From positions 93,044 through 157,043 of the forward strand of contig CAYLPJ010000004.1 of the NCBI GenBank assembly GCA_964385465.1: DNA of 64,000 nt, in the 5' to 3' direction. This document shows, in pieces, positions 20,001 through 29,338 of the stretch (position 1 is its first letter; each line of letters starts with the position of its first letter). The notes beneath the pieces were generated by a model. That model was given only the letters and a program-made list of their open reading frames with translations. It made no database searches and was not told where the DNA came from. A program made the position numbers and the translations under genes. This DNA is from an uncultured Planctomycetaceae bacterium (GTDB lineage Bacteria; Planctomycetota; Phycisphaerae; SM23-33).

Positions 20001-22088
20001 CGTGGTCTCCAGCGTGCCGGTCGCCCCCGCGCCGTCGTTCAGGATCGGCCGCGTGGCGTCGTACTTGCGGACGGCGTCGCGGCAGGCGTCCATCACCGGC
20101 CCGCCCTTCGCCACGTTGCGGATGTTGATCAGCACGATCTCGTTCTGGAGGCTCCAGAAGCCGATCGACGGGTGGCCGCGCAGCCCCTTGAACACGCGGG
20201 AGATCATGTGCGCGGCGTGCTCGTAGAGCTTCGGGGCCTTCTCGGGATTGCCGTTGTAGCTGGCGAACATGCCGTCGAACGGCGCCGTCACCCGCACGAT
20301 GATGCCGTTCTCGTCGGCGAAATCGAGGAACTCGCGCAGGTTCAGCCCCGCGAACTTCCGCCGGCTGTCACCCAGCCCGATCCGCCAGCGGACCATGTCC
20401 TGGTTGGCCTCGCGGACCTTCTTCCATCTCTCCGCCGGCGTCTTCCCGTGGTGATGCCCGCTCTGCCACAGCTTCCAGACCACCCCGTTGAGCTTGAACC
20501 GCGTGGTCGACCAGTCCCACTCCCGGAAGCCGAACCGCGTCCGCTTGACGTCCAGCACCCGCCCGCCGGACCGCAGCGTCGTGGTCAGCGCGTACAGGTG
20601 CGGGTCGTCCGGCCACCACAGGCGCGGCTCCGCCCACCCCTGCGCCGCCTCCACCGCCCTGCTCTCGCCGGCGCCGACGGTGACCTTCCGGGCCGGCAGG
20701 GACTTGACCGCCTCGCCGCCCTTCCACGGCGCGATCTCGTGGGTCACCTCCACCTCGACGGGCCTGCCCGTCGGGTTCCGCAGCGTGGCCTCGACGGCGA
20801 TCCGCTTCTCGGCCACCGAGGTCGTGACATACACGTCCTCGGCGTAGACCCTCCCGGCCGAGACCAGCAGCGGGCGGTCCAGCATGCCCTCGTGGCCCAT
20901 CAGGGCGATGGGCATGTCCAGGATGTTGGTCAGGTAGCCGGCGTTCTCCCGCATCGGGCGGGCCCACGCCGTGCGGATGTCGTCGTTGCCCAGGAGTTTG
21001 GGGGAGATCCCGTAGTAGATGTCCTTGATGCCGACCCAGACCTCGTTGTCCGCCCCGGGCTTGACCGCGTCGGTGATGTCGCAGCGGAAACAGGCGTACG
21101 GCGCCATGCTGTAGCCGACCCGCCTGCCGTTGACGAACACCGTCGTGATCATGTTGTTCATCGGGAACTCGAGGTAGAACGACCGCCCCTCGTGCCCGGC
21201 GGGCACGTGCACCCGCGTGCGGTAGAAGAAGCGGTGGGCGTCGATCATGTTCGGGCGGACGTCGTTCCGCGAGCCGGGCACCTCGATGGCGCTCCAGTGG
21301 AGGTCGTCGGCGTCCGGCGGCGGCCCGATCGGCCCCAGGCGGTTCTCGATCCTGTCGGGGTCGTCGTACCGCGCGAACTGCCACAACCCCTCCAGCGGCA
21401 GCTCGACGCGCCCGCCCTCGCCGCCGGCCTCGCCCAGCCGGAAGACGTGCCCGGCGGCCTTGCGGTCGGCGTCCGTCTGCCAGTCCGCCCCCGGCTGGTG
21501 GTGGCCGTTGGGGTTGAACCGCCCCTTGTAGACGCAGAAGGCGTCGGCGGCGAAGAGCAGGCGGGGCTTCTTGTTCTTCCTGCCCTCCGGCTCGACGTTC
21601 TTCGGGTGGGCCAGGCGGATGCCCAGCGTGTGCTTGCCGGCCTTGAGCTGCCGCACGTCGAACCGCGTCCACACCATCTTGTGGAACCGCATGATCGGCA
21701 TGAAGCCGACCGTCGGCACGTTGTCGCGGGGCACGGACCTCCATTCGCCGCCGTCCAGGCGCCACTCGAAGGGGTACCAGATCGTGAAGAACCCCAGCCG
21801 GCCCCACAGCTCGTACGACCCGGCGGCCGGGACCTCGAACGCGTACTCCAGCGAGATGCCCTCCTGGGGCATCTTCTTGGCGTCGCCCTCGCCGACGGCC
21901 AGCCAGGCGCCGCCGGAGAGGCACTCGGGGTTGCCCCAGCCGTGGGTGCTGACGTCGTAGTTCCTGGCCGTCGGGGCCTCCCCCTCGATCCAGGTGAAGG
22001 TATGGTCCGGCCCGGCCAGGACCGGGCAAGCAAGGCAGAACAGGGCGGCGGCAAGCAGCAGGGAGGCGGATCGCGATGACTGCGTCAT
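17022..22088 (-). CDS. Giant secreted GH2-like protein (~1688 aa), paralog of 4648..9816
   Basis: Signal MTQSSRSASLLLAAALFCLACPVLAGP. Same domain order as the first giant: GH2 N-terminal-like block (AHRFFYRTRVHVPAGHEGRSFYLEFPMNNMITTVFVNGRRVG), WSLQNEIVLINI TIM-barrel motif, conserved C-terminal region (GIDNLWLH..., VELAITDAGE). Confidence 0.7.
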   Translation of the reverse strand: MTQSSRSASLLLAAALFCLACPVLAGPDHTFTWIEGEAPTARNYDVSTHGWGNPECLSGGAWLAVGEGDAKKMPQEGISLEYAFEVPAAGSYELWGRLGFFTIWYPFEWRLDGGEWRSVPRDNVPTVGFMPIMRFHKMVWTRFDVRQLKAGKHTLGIRLAHPKNVEPEGRKNKKPRLLFAADAFCVYKGRFNPNGHHQPGADWQTDADRKAAGHVFRLGEAGGEGGRVELPLEGLWQFARYDDPDRIENRLGPIGPPPDADDLHWSAIEVPGSRNDVRPNMIDAHRFFYRTRVHVPAGHEGRSFYLEFPMNNMITTVFVNGRRVGYSMAPYACFRCDITDAVKPGADNEVWVGIKDIYYGISPKLLGNDDIRTAWARPMRENAGYLTNILDMPIALMGHEGMLDRPLLVSAGRVYAEDVYVTTSVAEKRIAVEATLRNPTGRPVEVEVTHEIAPWKGGEAVKSLPARKVTVGAGESRAVEAAQGWAEPRLWWPDDPHLYALTTTLRSGGRVLDVKRTRFGFREWDWSTTRFKLNGVVWKLWQSGHHHGKTPAERWKKVREANQDMVRWRIGLGDSRRKFAGLNLREFLDFADENGIIVRVTAPFDGMFASYNGNPEKAPKLYEHAAHMISRVFKGLRGHPSIGFWSLQNEIVLINIRNVAKGGPVMDACRDAVRKYDATRPILNDGAGATGTLETTGIHYPAVSQARHYPDEAYTWEVSRGLRGGNPHGRRAVLDMTKPVFVGEGYYTGGKSIGWFASVDGSECFRGIAHCENARQKMGQIYVEGWRWQGVAAADLLTGPGYHMESMAPVALFCRQWDWTHASGAKVDRTLKVFNMTRRGDPVTAKWTLAFGGKAVDKGERTFDLAPGTAREFAVALTMPETDARAEGTLALVCEQGGEEVFRAVKDVSVIDPDRAPTAPAPAGGIVVLDKAGAVSDRLKRRGVKHTRVESADAIPVGARLIVVGPDSLSKQDARSAMWKQLAAAGKRIIVLDQEHPLLGEAVDADLKVSGFTGRIAFMENMLHPIFEGLEQKDFFTRGADHLVYREVYEKPSKGARSLMQCDADLAYSALLEAQVGDGLLLLCQAMAGTKLDSDPVFQRLFDNMVTYALAYERVINPVAVVAPDGERKRRFLEEINLAFTAFDDPVEAIESGKARIVIVDATAANLNRLAGAAEKVRAFTEGGGWVMVWGVTPEVLESFNSLVGVDHIIRPFRQERVSLRRPVDPLAIGISERDVAMTTGKRYMRFMNTEIPSKNAFTYAVDYTDIAPFCEYPSPKYFKHFDEDPLNSGHHPLNMVNNMTSRDNWRFLFYLHLFDGSPTKWTVKLPRRERIDAFEIIPNSGYHDITKFKLTFDGEPDKPLVFDTEVHEKPVVQRFDFEPVEAESVEMEIVEWNRDGKQNVLGIDNLWLHATRSDAFHKKVHPLLTAGVLNRYTMGAGGVVLNQVKLLDAEPNPENAAKKKGIVKNLLSNLHAAFGEEPAKAAGTDIVGYTPVVFGGGQVNLFLSRDDNWPDPEHDLSKLPTGPTRLRDVPYTIFDNPLAPAEANVAGLGSMGKFKGADRIEVPVDRKAAGLFFLHTFLREKGGEFRSDDPPVVLRYTVRYADGSKASFPVRLTREIGSWLAGRPKDLPAARVAWQADSRGGRKTVLYHAMWENPHPDKAIGSVELAITDAGEKLGMAVVAAITAAAK

Positions 22089-22290
22089 GGGTGGGCCTTT
22101 CCACAAGCCGGGGTCGTCGGAGCTTCGCACGCCCGAAGCCTAGACGCCGAAGGCCGCCCATTCAAGTCGCCGTCGGCCTCGACGGCGCGGCCCGCGGCGG
22201 AACGGTTGGCCGGGCGGCGGGTTTCTTGCTAGGATACGTACCCATCGGCACCGAGCCCGAATCGCACGACCCCCAATGGAAGGACACTCC

Positions 22291-25200
22291 ATGAACGCCA
22301 AGCTGCTGATCGGGATGCTGGCCGTCGCCTGCCTGGCCGGCTCGACGCTGTACGCCGCCGAGCGGGCCGTCCGCGAGACCGCCCGGAAGATCCCCGTCGC
22401 CTACGACGTGGACGTGGTGGTCGTCGGCGGCTCGACCGCCGCCGTCGCCGCCGCCGTCGCCGCCGCCGATGCCAACGCCTCGGTCTTCCTCGCGGCGCCG
22501 AAGACCTACCTCGGCGAGGACATGGCCGGGCTGCTGAGGCTCTGGCTGCCTCCCGAGGCCCAGCCCAAGACCACGCTGGGCCGGCGGCTCTTCTCGGGCG
22601 CGACCTCCCCCGCCCTGGCGCTGAGCGGCTCGCCGTTCACCTACGAGGCCTCGATCCCCTCGGCCAGCGTCCACAAGGACACCCGCCCGCCGCGCCGCCT
22701 CCGCGACGGGCGCAGCGACAGCGCCTCGCGCCAGTCCGTCCAGTACGACGGCGACGTGACGATCACATGCGACCTCGGCGAGCTTCGCGAGCTGAAGAAG
22801 GCCCACGTGCTGGTCTACCAGCGCACGGACGACTTCGAGGTCGCCTCCGTCGCCGCCGCCGTCAGCGCCGACGGCAAGGCGTGGAAGCCGGCGGGCAAGA
22901 CCGACAACCCGCACCTGGACAAGGGCGGCATCGAGGACTTCGGCGCCGACATCGTCGTGCCCCTCGGCGGCAAGGCCCGCTACGTGCGCCTCGAGATCAA
23001 GAAGACCGACGACGTCGACCGGGTCCTGCTCGGAGAGATCGTGATCGAGACGGAGGAGGCGGCCTCCGAGCCCGCCGAGCCGGCCAGGCTGCCGCAGGTC
23101 ACCCGCCCGATGACCGTCAAGCTCGCCCTCGACCAGGCGGTGGTGGACGCCGGGGTGCAGTTCCTCTACGGCTGCTACGCCACCGACGTGCTCGTGGACG
23201 CCGAGGGCAAGCCGGCGGGGATCGTGATGGCCAACCGCGCCGGGCGGCAGGCCGTCCGGGCCAAGGCCGTCATCGACGCCACGCCGCGCGGCACGGTCGC
23301 ACGCCTGGCCGGGGCGACGTTCACCGACTACCCGCCCGGCAGGCACATGTTCCGCCAGGTCGTCCTCGGCGGCGACGTCCGCGAAGGGCCCGCACTCAAG
23401 GGCCGGAAGGTCGGCGGGGGATTTCCCGTCGTCCGCCGCAGCCGCGACGGCAAGAAGGGCACGAACACCGGCCGCGTCGCCGAGATCATCGAGTACACCC
23501 TCGAGCTGCCCATGCGCGACGGGAGCTACGCGTCGTTCGCCGCGGCCGAGCAGAAGGCCCGCGACCTGACGTGGAACCCCGAGGTGCTCCGGACGAGCGA
23601 GGGGCTCTTCGAGGTCCCGCCGGACCGCGTCCGCGCCGCCGAGCCGCTGGCCGGCGACTGGCCCGGCGCGGAGAAGGCCCCGCTGGGCGCGTTCCAGCCC
23701 CGGGGCGTGGACTACCTGTACGTCCTGGGCGGAACGGCGGGCGTCAGCCGGGAGGTCGCCGCCGAGCTGCTCGAGCCCACCGGGTTGATGCCGATCGGCG
23801 AGCGGATCGGCAAGGCCGCCGCCGAGGCCGCCAGGGACCGCGGCACCCCGGCCGGCGTGAAGCTGCCCGGCGGGCCCGTCCGCGCCGCGGCCGACGGCGA
23901 CGTCCGCGAGTTCCTCGTCGGCGTCCGCCCGATCCAGGACCTGCCCACGGTGCCCGGCGAGGACCGCCCCCTGCCGGTGCTCGGGCGATACGACGTGGTG
24001 GTCGTCGGCGGGGGCACCGGCGGCGCGCCGGCCGCCATCGGCGCCGGGCGCAAGGGCGCCAAGGCGCTGGTCGTCGAGTACCTCCACGCGCTCGGCGGGG
24101 TCTCGACGATGGGGCTGATCGGCAAGTACTACCACGGCTACCGCGGCGGGTTCACCTCGGAGATCGACCAGGGCGTCGCGGAGGTCGGGGGCAAGGAGGG
24201 CAAGAGCACGGACGTGGACCTGAAGATCGAGTACTACCGCCGGGAGATCCGCGAGGCCGGCGGGGACATCTGGTTCGGCACGCTGGGCTGCGGGGCGTTC
24301 GTGCGGGACGGCAAGGTCCGGGGGGCGGTGGTCGCCACCCCGTCCGGGCGGGGCGTCGTACTCGCCGACGTGGTCATCGACGGCACGGGCAACAGCGACG
24401 TCGCCGCCGCCGCCGGCGCGCCCTACATCCACACCGCCGGGGACTTCCTCGCCGTGCAGGGCACGGGCCTGCCGCCCCGGGCGCTGGGCGCCGACTACAC
24501 CAACACCGACTACACCTTCGTCGACGAGACGGACATGCTGGACGTATGGCGGCTGTTCCTCTCGGCCCGAAAGAAGTACCGCGGCGCGTTCGACCTCGCC
24601 CAGCTCATCGACACCCGCGAGCGGCGGCGCATCCGCGGCGACGTGGTGCTGACGATCCTCGATCACGTCAACGGCCGGCGGTTCCCCGACACCATCGGCA
24701 TGTGCAAGACGAACTTCGACACGCACGGCTACACGGTGGACCCGTACTTCGTCCCCACGCACCCCGAGCACAAGAGCCTGACCGCCTACGTCCCCTACCG
24801 CTGCCTGATCCCCACCGGCTTCGACGGCATCCTGGTCATCGGGCTGGGCATCAGCGTCCATCGCGATGCCGTGCCGATCATCCGCATGCAGCCGGACGTG
24901 CAGAACGTCGGCTACGCGGCCGGCTGCGCCGCGGCCATGGCGGCCAAGTCCGGCGGCATGGTCAAGGACATCGACCTCAAGGCCCTCCAGAAGCACCTGA
25001 TCGAGATGGGCTGCCTCCCCGAGGGCGCCGACACGTGGGAGGATTCCTACCCCATGCCGACCGAGAAGATCGCCGAGGCCGTCCGCAACGTCGAGAAGGG
25101 CTTCGAGAAGGTCGCGGTCATCATGGCCCACAAGTCCGAGGCGATCCCGATGCTCAAGAAGGCCATGTCCGCCGCCGAGGGCGACAAGCAGATCACCTAC

Positions 25201-25722
25201 GCGCGCATCCTCGGCGCCTGCGGCGACGACAGCGGCGCCGACGTGCTGCTCAAGCAGGTCCGCGCCGCGACCAAGTGGGACCAGGGCTGGAACTTCCGAG
25301 GCATGGGGCAGTTCGGCCAGGCGCTCAGCCCGCTGGACCGCAGCATCGTCGCGCTGGGCCTTGCCGGCTGCAAGCAGGCCGTCCCCGCCATCATCGAGAA
25401 GGTCGAGATGCTCAACATCGGCAGCGCCTTCAGCCACCACCGCGCCTGCGCGATGGCGCTGGAGATGCTCGGGGACAAGTCCGCGGCCCCGGCGCTGGGC
25501 AAGCTGCTCAGCCAGGAGGGCATGACCGGGCACGCCATGCTCCAACCCGCCGCCAGCCAGAACCGAAGCGAGCCGCTTCGCGAGATCATCGTCGCCCGGG
25601 CGCTGTACCGGCTCGGCGACTGGAACGGGCTGGCGCGAAAGTCGCTGGAGAGCTTCCGCAACGACGTCCGCGGGCATTTCGCACGCCACGCCCACGCCAT
25701 CCTCGCCGCCGGGGAGAAGTAG
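22291..25722 (+). CDS. Secreted FAD-dependent oxidoreductase with two dinucleotide-binding motifs, a discoidin-like insert and C-terminal HEAT-like repeats
   Basis: GGAAGGA RBS. Signal MNAKLLIGMLAVACLAGSTLYAAE. First GxGxxA motif DVDVVVVGGSTAAVAAAVAAA. Second YDVVVVGGGTGGAPAAIGAGRKGAKALVVE. C-terminal repeats ARILGACGDDSGADVLL / ALGLAGCKQAVPAI / ALEMLGDKSAAPALGKLL. Confidence 0.75.
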   Translation: MNAKLLIGMLAVACLAGSTLYAAERAVRETARKIPVAYDVDVVVVGGSTAAVAAAVAAADANASVFLAAPKTYLGEDMAGLLRLWLPPEAQPKTTLGRRLFSGATSPALALSGSPFTYEASIPSASVHKDTRPPRRLRDGRSDSASRQSVQYDGDVTITCDLGELRELKKAHVLVYQRTDDFEVASVAAAVSADGKAWKPAGKTDNPHLDKGGIEDFGADIVVPLGGKARYVRLEIKKTDDVDRVLLGEIVIETEEAASEPAEPARLPQVTRPMTVKLALDQAVVDAGVQFLYGCYATDVLVDAEGKPAGIVMANRAGRQAVRAKAVIDATPRGTVARLAGATFTDYPPGRHMFRQVVLGGDVREGPALKGRKVGGGFPVVRRSRDGKKGTNTGRVAEIIEYTLELPMRDGSYASFAAAEQKARDLTWNPEVLRTSEGLFEVPPDRVRAAEPLAGDWPGAEKAPLGAFQPRGVDYLYVLGGTAGVSREVAAELLEPTGLMPIGERIGKAAAEAARDRGTPAGVKLPGGPVRAAADGDVREFLVGVRPIQDLPTVPGEDRPLPVLGRYDVVVVGGGTGGAPAAIGAGRKGAKALVVEYLHALGGVSTMGLIGKYYHGYRGGFTSEIDQGVAEVGGKEGKSTDVDLKIEYYRREIREAGGDIWFGTLGCGAFVRDGKVRGAVVATPSGRGVVLADVVIDGTGNSDVAAAAGAPYIHTAGDFLAVQGTGLPPRALGADYTNTDYTFVDETDMLDVWRLFLSARKKYRGAFDLAQLIDTRERRRIRGDVVLTILDHVNGRRFPDTIGMCKTNFDTHGYTVDPYFVPTHPEHKSLTAYVPYRCLIPTGFDGILVIGLGISVHRDAVPIIRMQPDVQNVGYAAGCAAAMAAKSGGMVKDIDLKALQKHLIEMGCLPEGADTWEDSYPMPTEKIAEAVRNVEKGFEKVAVIMAHKSEAIPMLKKAMSAAEGDKQITYARILGACGDDSGADVLLKQVRAATKWDQGWNFRGMGQFGQALSPLDRSIVALGLAGCKQAVPAIIEKVEMLNIGSAFSHHRACAMALEMLGDKSAAPALGKLLSQEGMTGHAMLQPAASQNRSEPLREIIVARALYRLGDWNGLARKSLESFRNDVRGHFARHAHAILAAGEK

Positions 25723-25809
25723 ACCGTGGGGCCGGAGTGCCGCAAGACCGGAAGGCCGGAAGGCCTTGAGGCCGCAAGAGCCAGGCCGCGCGCAGGGCGG
25801 ACGGCGGCG

Positions 25810-28800
25810 ATGTTGGCCCTCGCGGTGCTGGCGGCGGGGGCGGCTGGAGCCCAGCGGAGAGCTGTGATGGAATCCAAGCGAGACGTGCCGATCGCCTGCG
25901 AAGTGGACGTGGTGGTCGCCGGGGGCTCGGCCGCGGCGGTCGAAGCGGCCGCCGCCGCCGCCAGGGCCGGGGCGAAGGTCTTCCTCGCCGCCCCGCGACC
26001 CTATCTCGGCGACGACCTCTGCGGGACGCTGCGGCTGTGGCGGCCCGAGGGCGTCGAGCTCGAGACAGACCTCGCCCGGCGGCTGTTCGCCGACGCGTCC
26101 GTCCCCTCGCCGGCACCCCGCCCGGCCGCGGCGCCCGAATCCGCCCGGTTCTCCTACAAGGCCGACCGTCCCTCGGCCGGCAGGCACAAAGACACCGACC
26201 CGCCGTCGGTGCTGACCGACGGGCGGTGGACCAGCGCGATCACCGACAGCGTGCAGTACGACGGCGACGTGTCGCTGCTGTGCGACCTCGGGCGGCAACG
26301 CCCGCTGAAGCGCCTGCGGCTGATCGCCTACCGCAAGGCGGGCGCCTACGGCGTGGCCTCGGTGACGGTCGAGGCCGGGCCGGCCCCCGACAAGCTCGCC
26401 CCGGCCGGCAAGGCGAGCGAGGCCACCGTCCGCAAGCCGGGGGGGAAGTGGGACGTCACCGAGTTCGCCCTGCCCCTGAAGGCCGCCGCCCGCTGCGTCC
26501 GCGTCGCAGTCAAGATGGCCGACGGCTGCGAACGCGTGCTGCTGGGCGAGCTGGCGATCGAGACCGCCGACACCGACGCGGCGCCCGCCAGGCCCGAGCC
26601 GACCCCCGCGCCGGAGCCGGACACCCTCCGCCCGGTCACCACGCCGATGCACGTCAAGGCCACGCTGGACCGGGCCCTGCTCGACGCCGGCGTGCGGTTC
26701 CTCTTCGGCTGCTACGCCACCGACCTGCTCGTCGACGCCGAGGGGCGACCCGCCGGCATCGTCATCGCCAACCGCGCCGGCAGGCAGGCCGTCCGCGCCA
26801 AGGTCGTCGTCGACGCCACCGACCGCGCCGTCCTCGCCGAGCAGGCCGGCGCCGCCTTCCGCCCCTGGCCCGGCGCGAAGGTCACCTGCCGCCGCGTCGT
26901 CATCGGCGGCCGCCCGCGAGAGGCCGCCGGGCTCGCCGCACGCACCGTCGGCCGGGCGCCCGGGGGCGACCGGCCCGAGATCATCGAATACGCCATGGAC
27001 CTGCCCATCCCCGCCGCCACGCCCGAGGCGTTCGCCACCGCCGAGCACGCCCTCCGCGACGCGACCTTCTCCCCCGCCGCCGACGAGCCCGGCGAGCGGT
27101 TCTGGCTCGTTCCGGCCGACACGCTGAAGGCCTGCTGCGATGTCGCCGTCGGCCCGGCCCGGCCGGCCGAGGGCGAGAGGCTGTACGTGCTCGGCCCGCG
27201 GTCGGACCTGCCGGCCGAGCGGCGTGACCACCCGCTGAAGCTGCTGGCGCTGGCCGAGCAGGTCGGCTCGGCCGCCGCGGCGGAGGCCGGCGGGGTGGAC
27301 GCGCCCGAGGGCGTTCGCGTCGCCGGGGTCGAGCCGCCGCCTGGCCCGGCGGACAGGGGCGAGGTCCGCGAGCGGCTGGCCGGGCCGCGCCCGCTGGACC
27401 GCGGGCTGGCGGACGTTCCGGCCCCGGCGCGGGGGCTGCCGGTCCTGGGCGCCTACGACGTGGTGGTCGTCGGCGGGGGCACCAGCGGCGCCCCGGCGGG
27501 GATTGCCGCCGCACGCGGCGGCGCGAAGACGCTCGTCATCGAGTTCCTCCACGAGCTCGGCGGCGTGGGCACGGCGGGGCTGATCAGCCGCTATCACTTC
27601 GGCCGGCGGGTGGGCTTCACGGCCGAGGTGGACGAAGGCGTCGCCGAGCTTGGGGGCCCACACGCCCCCAAGGGCAACCGCGGGTGGGACCCGCGTCACA
27701 AGGCCGAGTGGTGGCGCCGCGCCGTCCGCCGCGCCGGCGGGCAGGTCTGGTACGGCGGCCTCGGCTGCGGCGTGCTGGCCGACGGGGAGACCGTCCGGGG
27801 CGTGGTCGTGGCCACGCGGTTCGGGCGCGGGGTCGTCCTGGCCGGGACGGTCATCGACGCGACGGGCAACGGCGACGTCGCCGACGCCGCCGGCGCCGAG
27901 ACGATGTTCGTCGGCCCCAGCCACATCGCCGTCCAGGGCACGGGCCTGCCGGTCCGCCGCCTCGGGGCCGGCTACACCAACAGCGACTACCTGCTCGTCG
28001 ACGACGCCGACATGCTCGACCGCTGGCGGGCGTTCCTCCAGGTCCGCCGGCCCGAGGCATGGGACGCCGGCCAGCTCATCGACAGCCGCGAACGCCGCCG
28101 GGTCGTCGGGGACGTCGTGCTGACCATCCTCGACCAGATCGCCGGGCGAACCTGGCCCGACACCATCGTCCAGTCGCACAGCAACTACGACTCCCACGGC
28201 TACCCGTCGCACGAGTACTTCATGCTCGCCGACCGCGGCCGCGACGGCCGGCCCGCGGGGGGCAAGCCCTACACCCCCTACCGATGCCTGCTGCCCGCCG
28301 GCGTCGAGGGGATGCTGGTCGTCGGCCTCGGCGCCAGCGCCCACCGCGACGCCATGGCCCTGATCCGCATGCAGGCCGACCTGCAGAACCAGGGCTACGC
28401 CGCCGGCACGGCCGCGGCGATGGCTGCCCGCGCCCGCACCACGCCGCGGAGGATCGATGTCGACGCGCTCCAGAAGCACCTCGCCGAGGTGGGCAACATC
28501 CCGGCCGAGGTGCTCGGCCACGACGACAACTTCCCCCTGCCCGACCGGGTCGTCGCCGAGGCGGTGGACTCCCTCCGCTCGGGGCAGGCCAACCACCGCA
28601 GCGTCGCCGTCGTGCTGGCCCACCTCGACGCCGCCCTCCCGCTGCTGCGGAAGGCCTACGCCGCGGCGACCGGCGCCGAGAAGCTCACCTACGCCAGGTT
28701 CCTCGGCATCTGCGGGGACGACACCGGCGTCGAGACGCTCGTCGCCGCGCTTGACGCCGCCGGCGGCTGGGACGAGAAGATCCCCCTCGGCCGCATGGCT

Positions 28801-29211
28801 GACTTCTCCCAACTCCCCACGCCGGTGGACTCGCTGGTGTACGCCCTCGGCTACAGCGGGGACCGCCGCGCCCTCGAGCCGATCCTCCGCAAAGCCAGGC
28901 TCCTCGACGCCCGCGCCGCCCTCAGCCACCATCGCGCGGTGGCGATCGCGCTGGAGAAGCTCGCCCGCCGCGAGGCCGCGCCCGTCCTCGCCGAGGTCCT
29001 CCGCCGCCGGGGGATGAGCGGGCACGCCGGCATCGAGCCCACGCGCGCGCCGGGGCGCATCCCGCCGCTGCGGGAGATCGTCCTTGCCCGCGCCCTGTAC
29101 CGGCTCGGGGACCACGAGGGCCTCGGCGAGCGTATCCTCGAGGCCTACGCCAAGGACCTCCGCGGCGTCCTCGCCCGCCACGCCCGCGCCGTCCTGCGAC
29201 AGCGGCAGTGA
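25810..29211 (+). CDS. Paralogous secreted FAD-dependent oxidoreductase/HEAT-repeat protein (tandem duplicate)
   Basis: Signal MLALAVLAAGAAGAQ. Motifs CEVDVVVAGGSAAAVEAAAAAARAGAKVFLAAP and YDVVVVGGGTSGAPAGIAAARGGAKTLVIE. Same C-terminal HEAT-like repeats (ARFLGICGDDTGVETLV..., ALEKLARREAAPVLAEVL). Start choice 25810 vs 25726 uncertain. Confidence 0.75.
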   Translation: MLALAVLAAGAAGAQRRAVMESKRDVPIACEVDVVVAGGSAAAVEAAAAAARAGAKVFLAAPRPYLGDDLCGTLRLWRPEGVELETDLARRLFADASVPSPAPRPAAAPESARFSYKADRPSAGRHKDTDPPSVLTDGRWTSAITDSVQYDGDVSLLCDLGRQRPLKRLRLIAYRKAGAYGVASVTVEAGPAPDKLAPAGKASEATVRKPGGKWDVTEFALPLKAAARCVRVAVKMADGCERVLLGELAIETADTDAAPARPEPTPAPEPDTLRPVTTPMHVKATLDRALLDAGVRFLFGCYATDLLVDAEGRPAGIVIANRAGRQAVRAKVVVDATDRAVLAEQAGAAFRPWPGAKVTCRRVVIGGRPREAAGLAARTVGRAPGGDRPEIIEYAMDLPIPAATPEAFATAEHALRDATFSPAADEPGERFWLVPADTLKACCDVAVGPARPAEGERLYVLGPRSDLPAERRDHPLKLLALAEQVGSAAAAEAGGVDAPEGVRVAGVEPPPGPADRGEVRERLAGPRPLDRGLADVPAPARGLPVLGAYDVVVVGGGTSGAPAGIAAARGGAKTLVIEFLHELGGVGTAGLISRYHFGRRVGFTAEVDEGVAELGGPHAPKGNRGWDPRHKAEWWRRAVRRAGGQVWYGGLGCGVLADGETVRGVVVATRFGRGVVLAGTVIDATGNGDVADAAGAETMFVGPSHIAVQGTGLPVRRLGAGYTNSDYLLVDDADMLDRWRAFLQVRRPEAWDAGQLIDSRERRRVVGDVVLTILDQIAGRTWPDTIVQSHSNYDSHGYPSHEYFMLADRGRDGRPAGGKPYTPYRCLLPAGVEGMLVVGLGASAHRDAMALIRMQADLQNQGYAAGTAAAMAARARTTPRRIDVDALQKHLAEVGNIPAEVLGHDDNFPLPDRVVAEAVDSLRSGQANHRSVAVVLAHLDAALPLLRKAYAAATGAEKLTYARFLGICGDDTGVETLVAALDAAGGWDEKIPLGRMADFSQLPTPVDSLVYALGYSGDRRALEPILRKARLLDARAALSHHRAVAIALEKLARREAAPVLAEVLRRRGMSGHAGIEPTRAPGRIPPLREIVLARALYRLGDHEGLGERILEAYAKDLRGVLARHARAVLRQRQ

Positions 29212-29338
29212 CCCCCCGGGCACCTGCTTGCCTGGCCATCACGCCCTTCGACGCCCTCGCCGCCGCGTCCTACGGTCACGTGCGTGCATCCCTCGAGGCG
29301 GCCGGCACGCCGATCGGCCCGTTGGACGAGCCCGCCGC

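Noticed and set aside
22162-29223. 2353-aa minus-strand ORF antisense to both FAD-oxidoreductase genes
   Set aside because: Composition is G/A/R/P/D-rich low complexity with no motifs, whereas the plus strand carries signal peptides, GxGxxG motifs and HEAT repeats. Long antisense ORFs are expected at ~70% GC.
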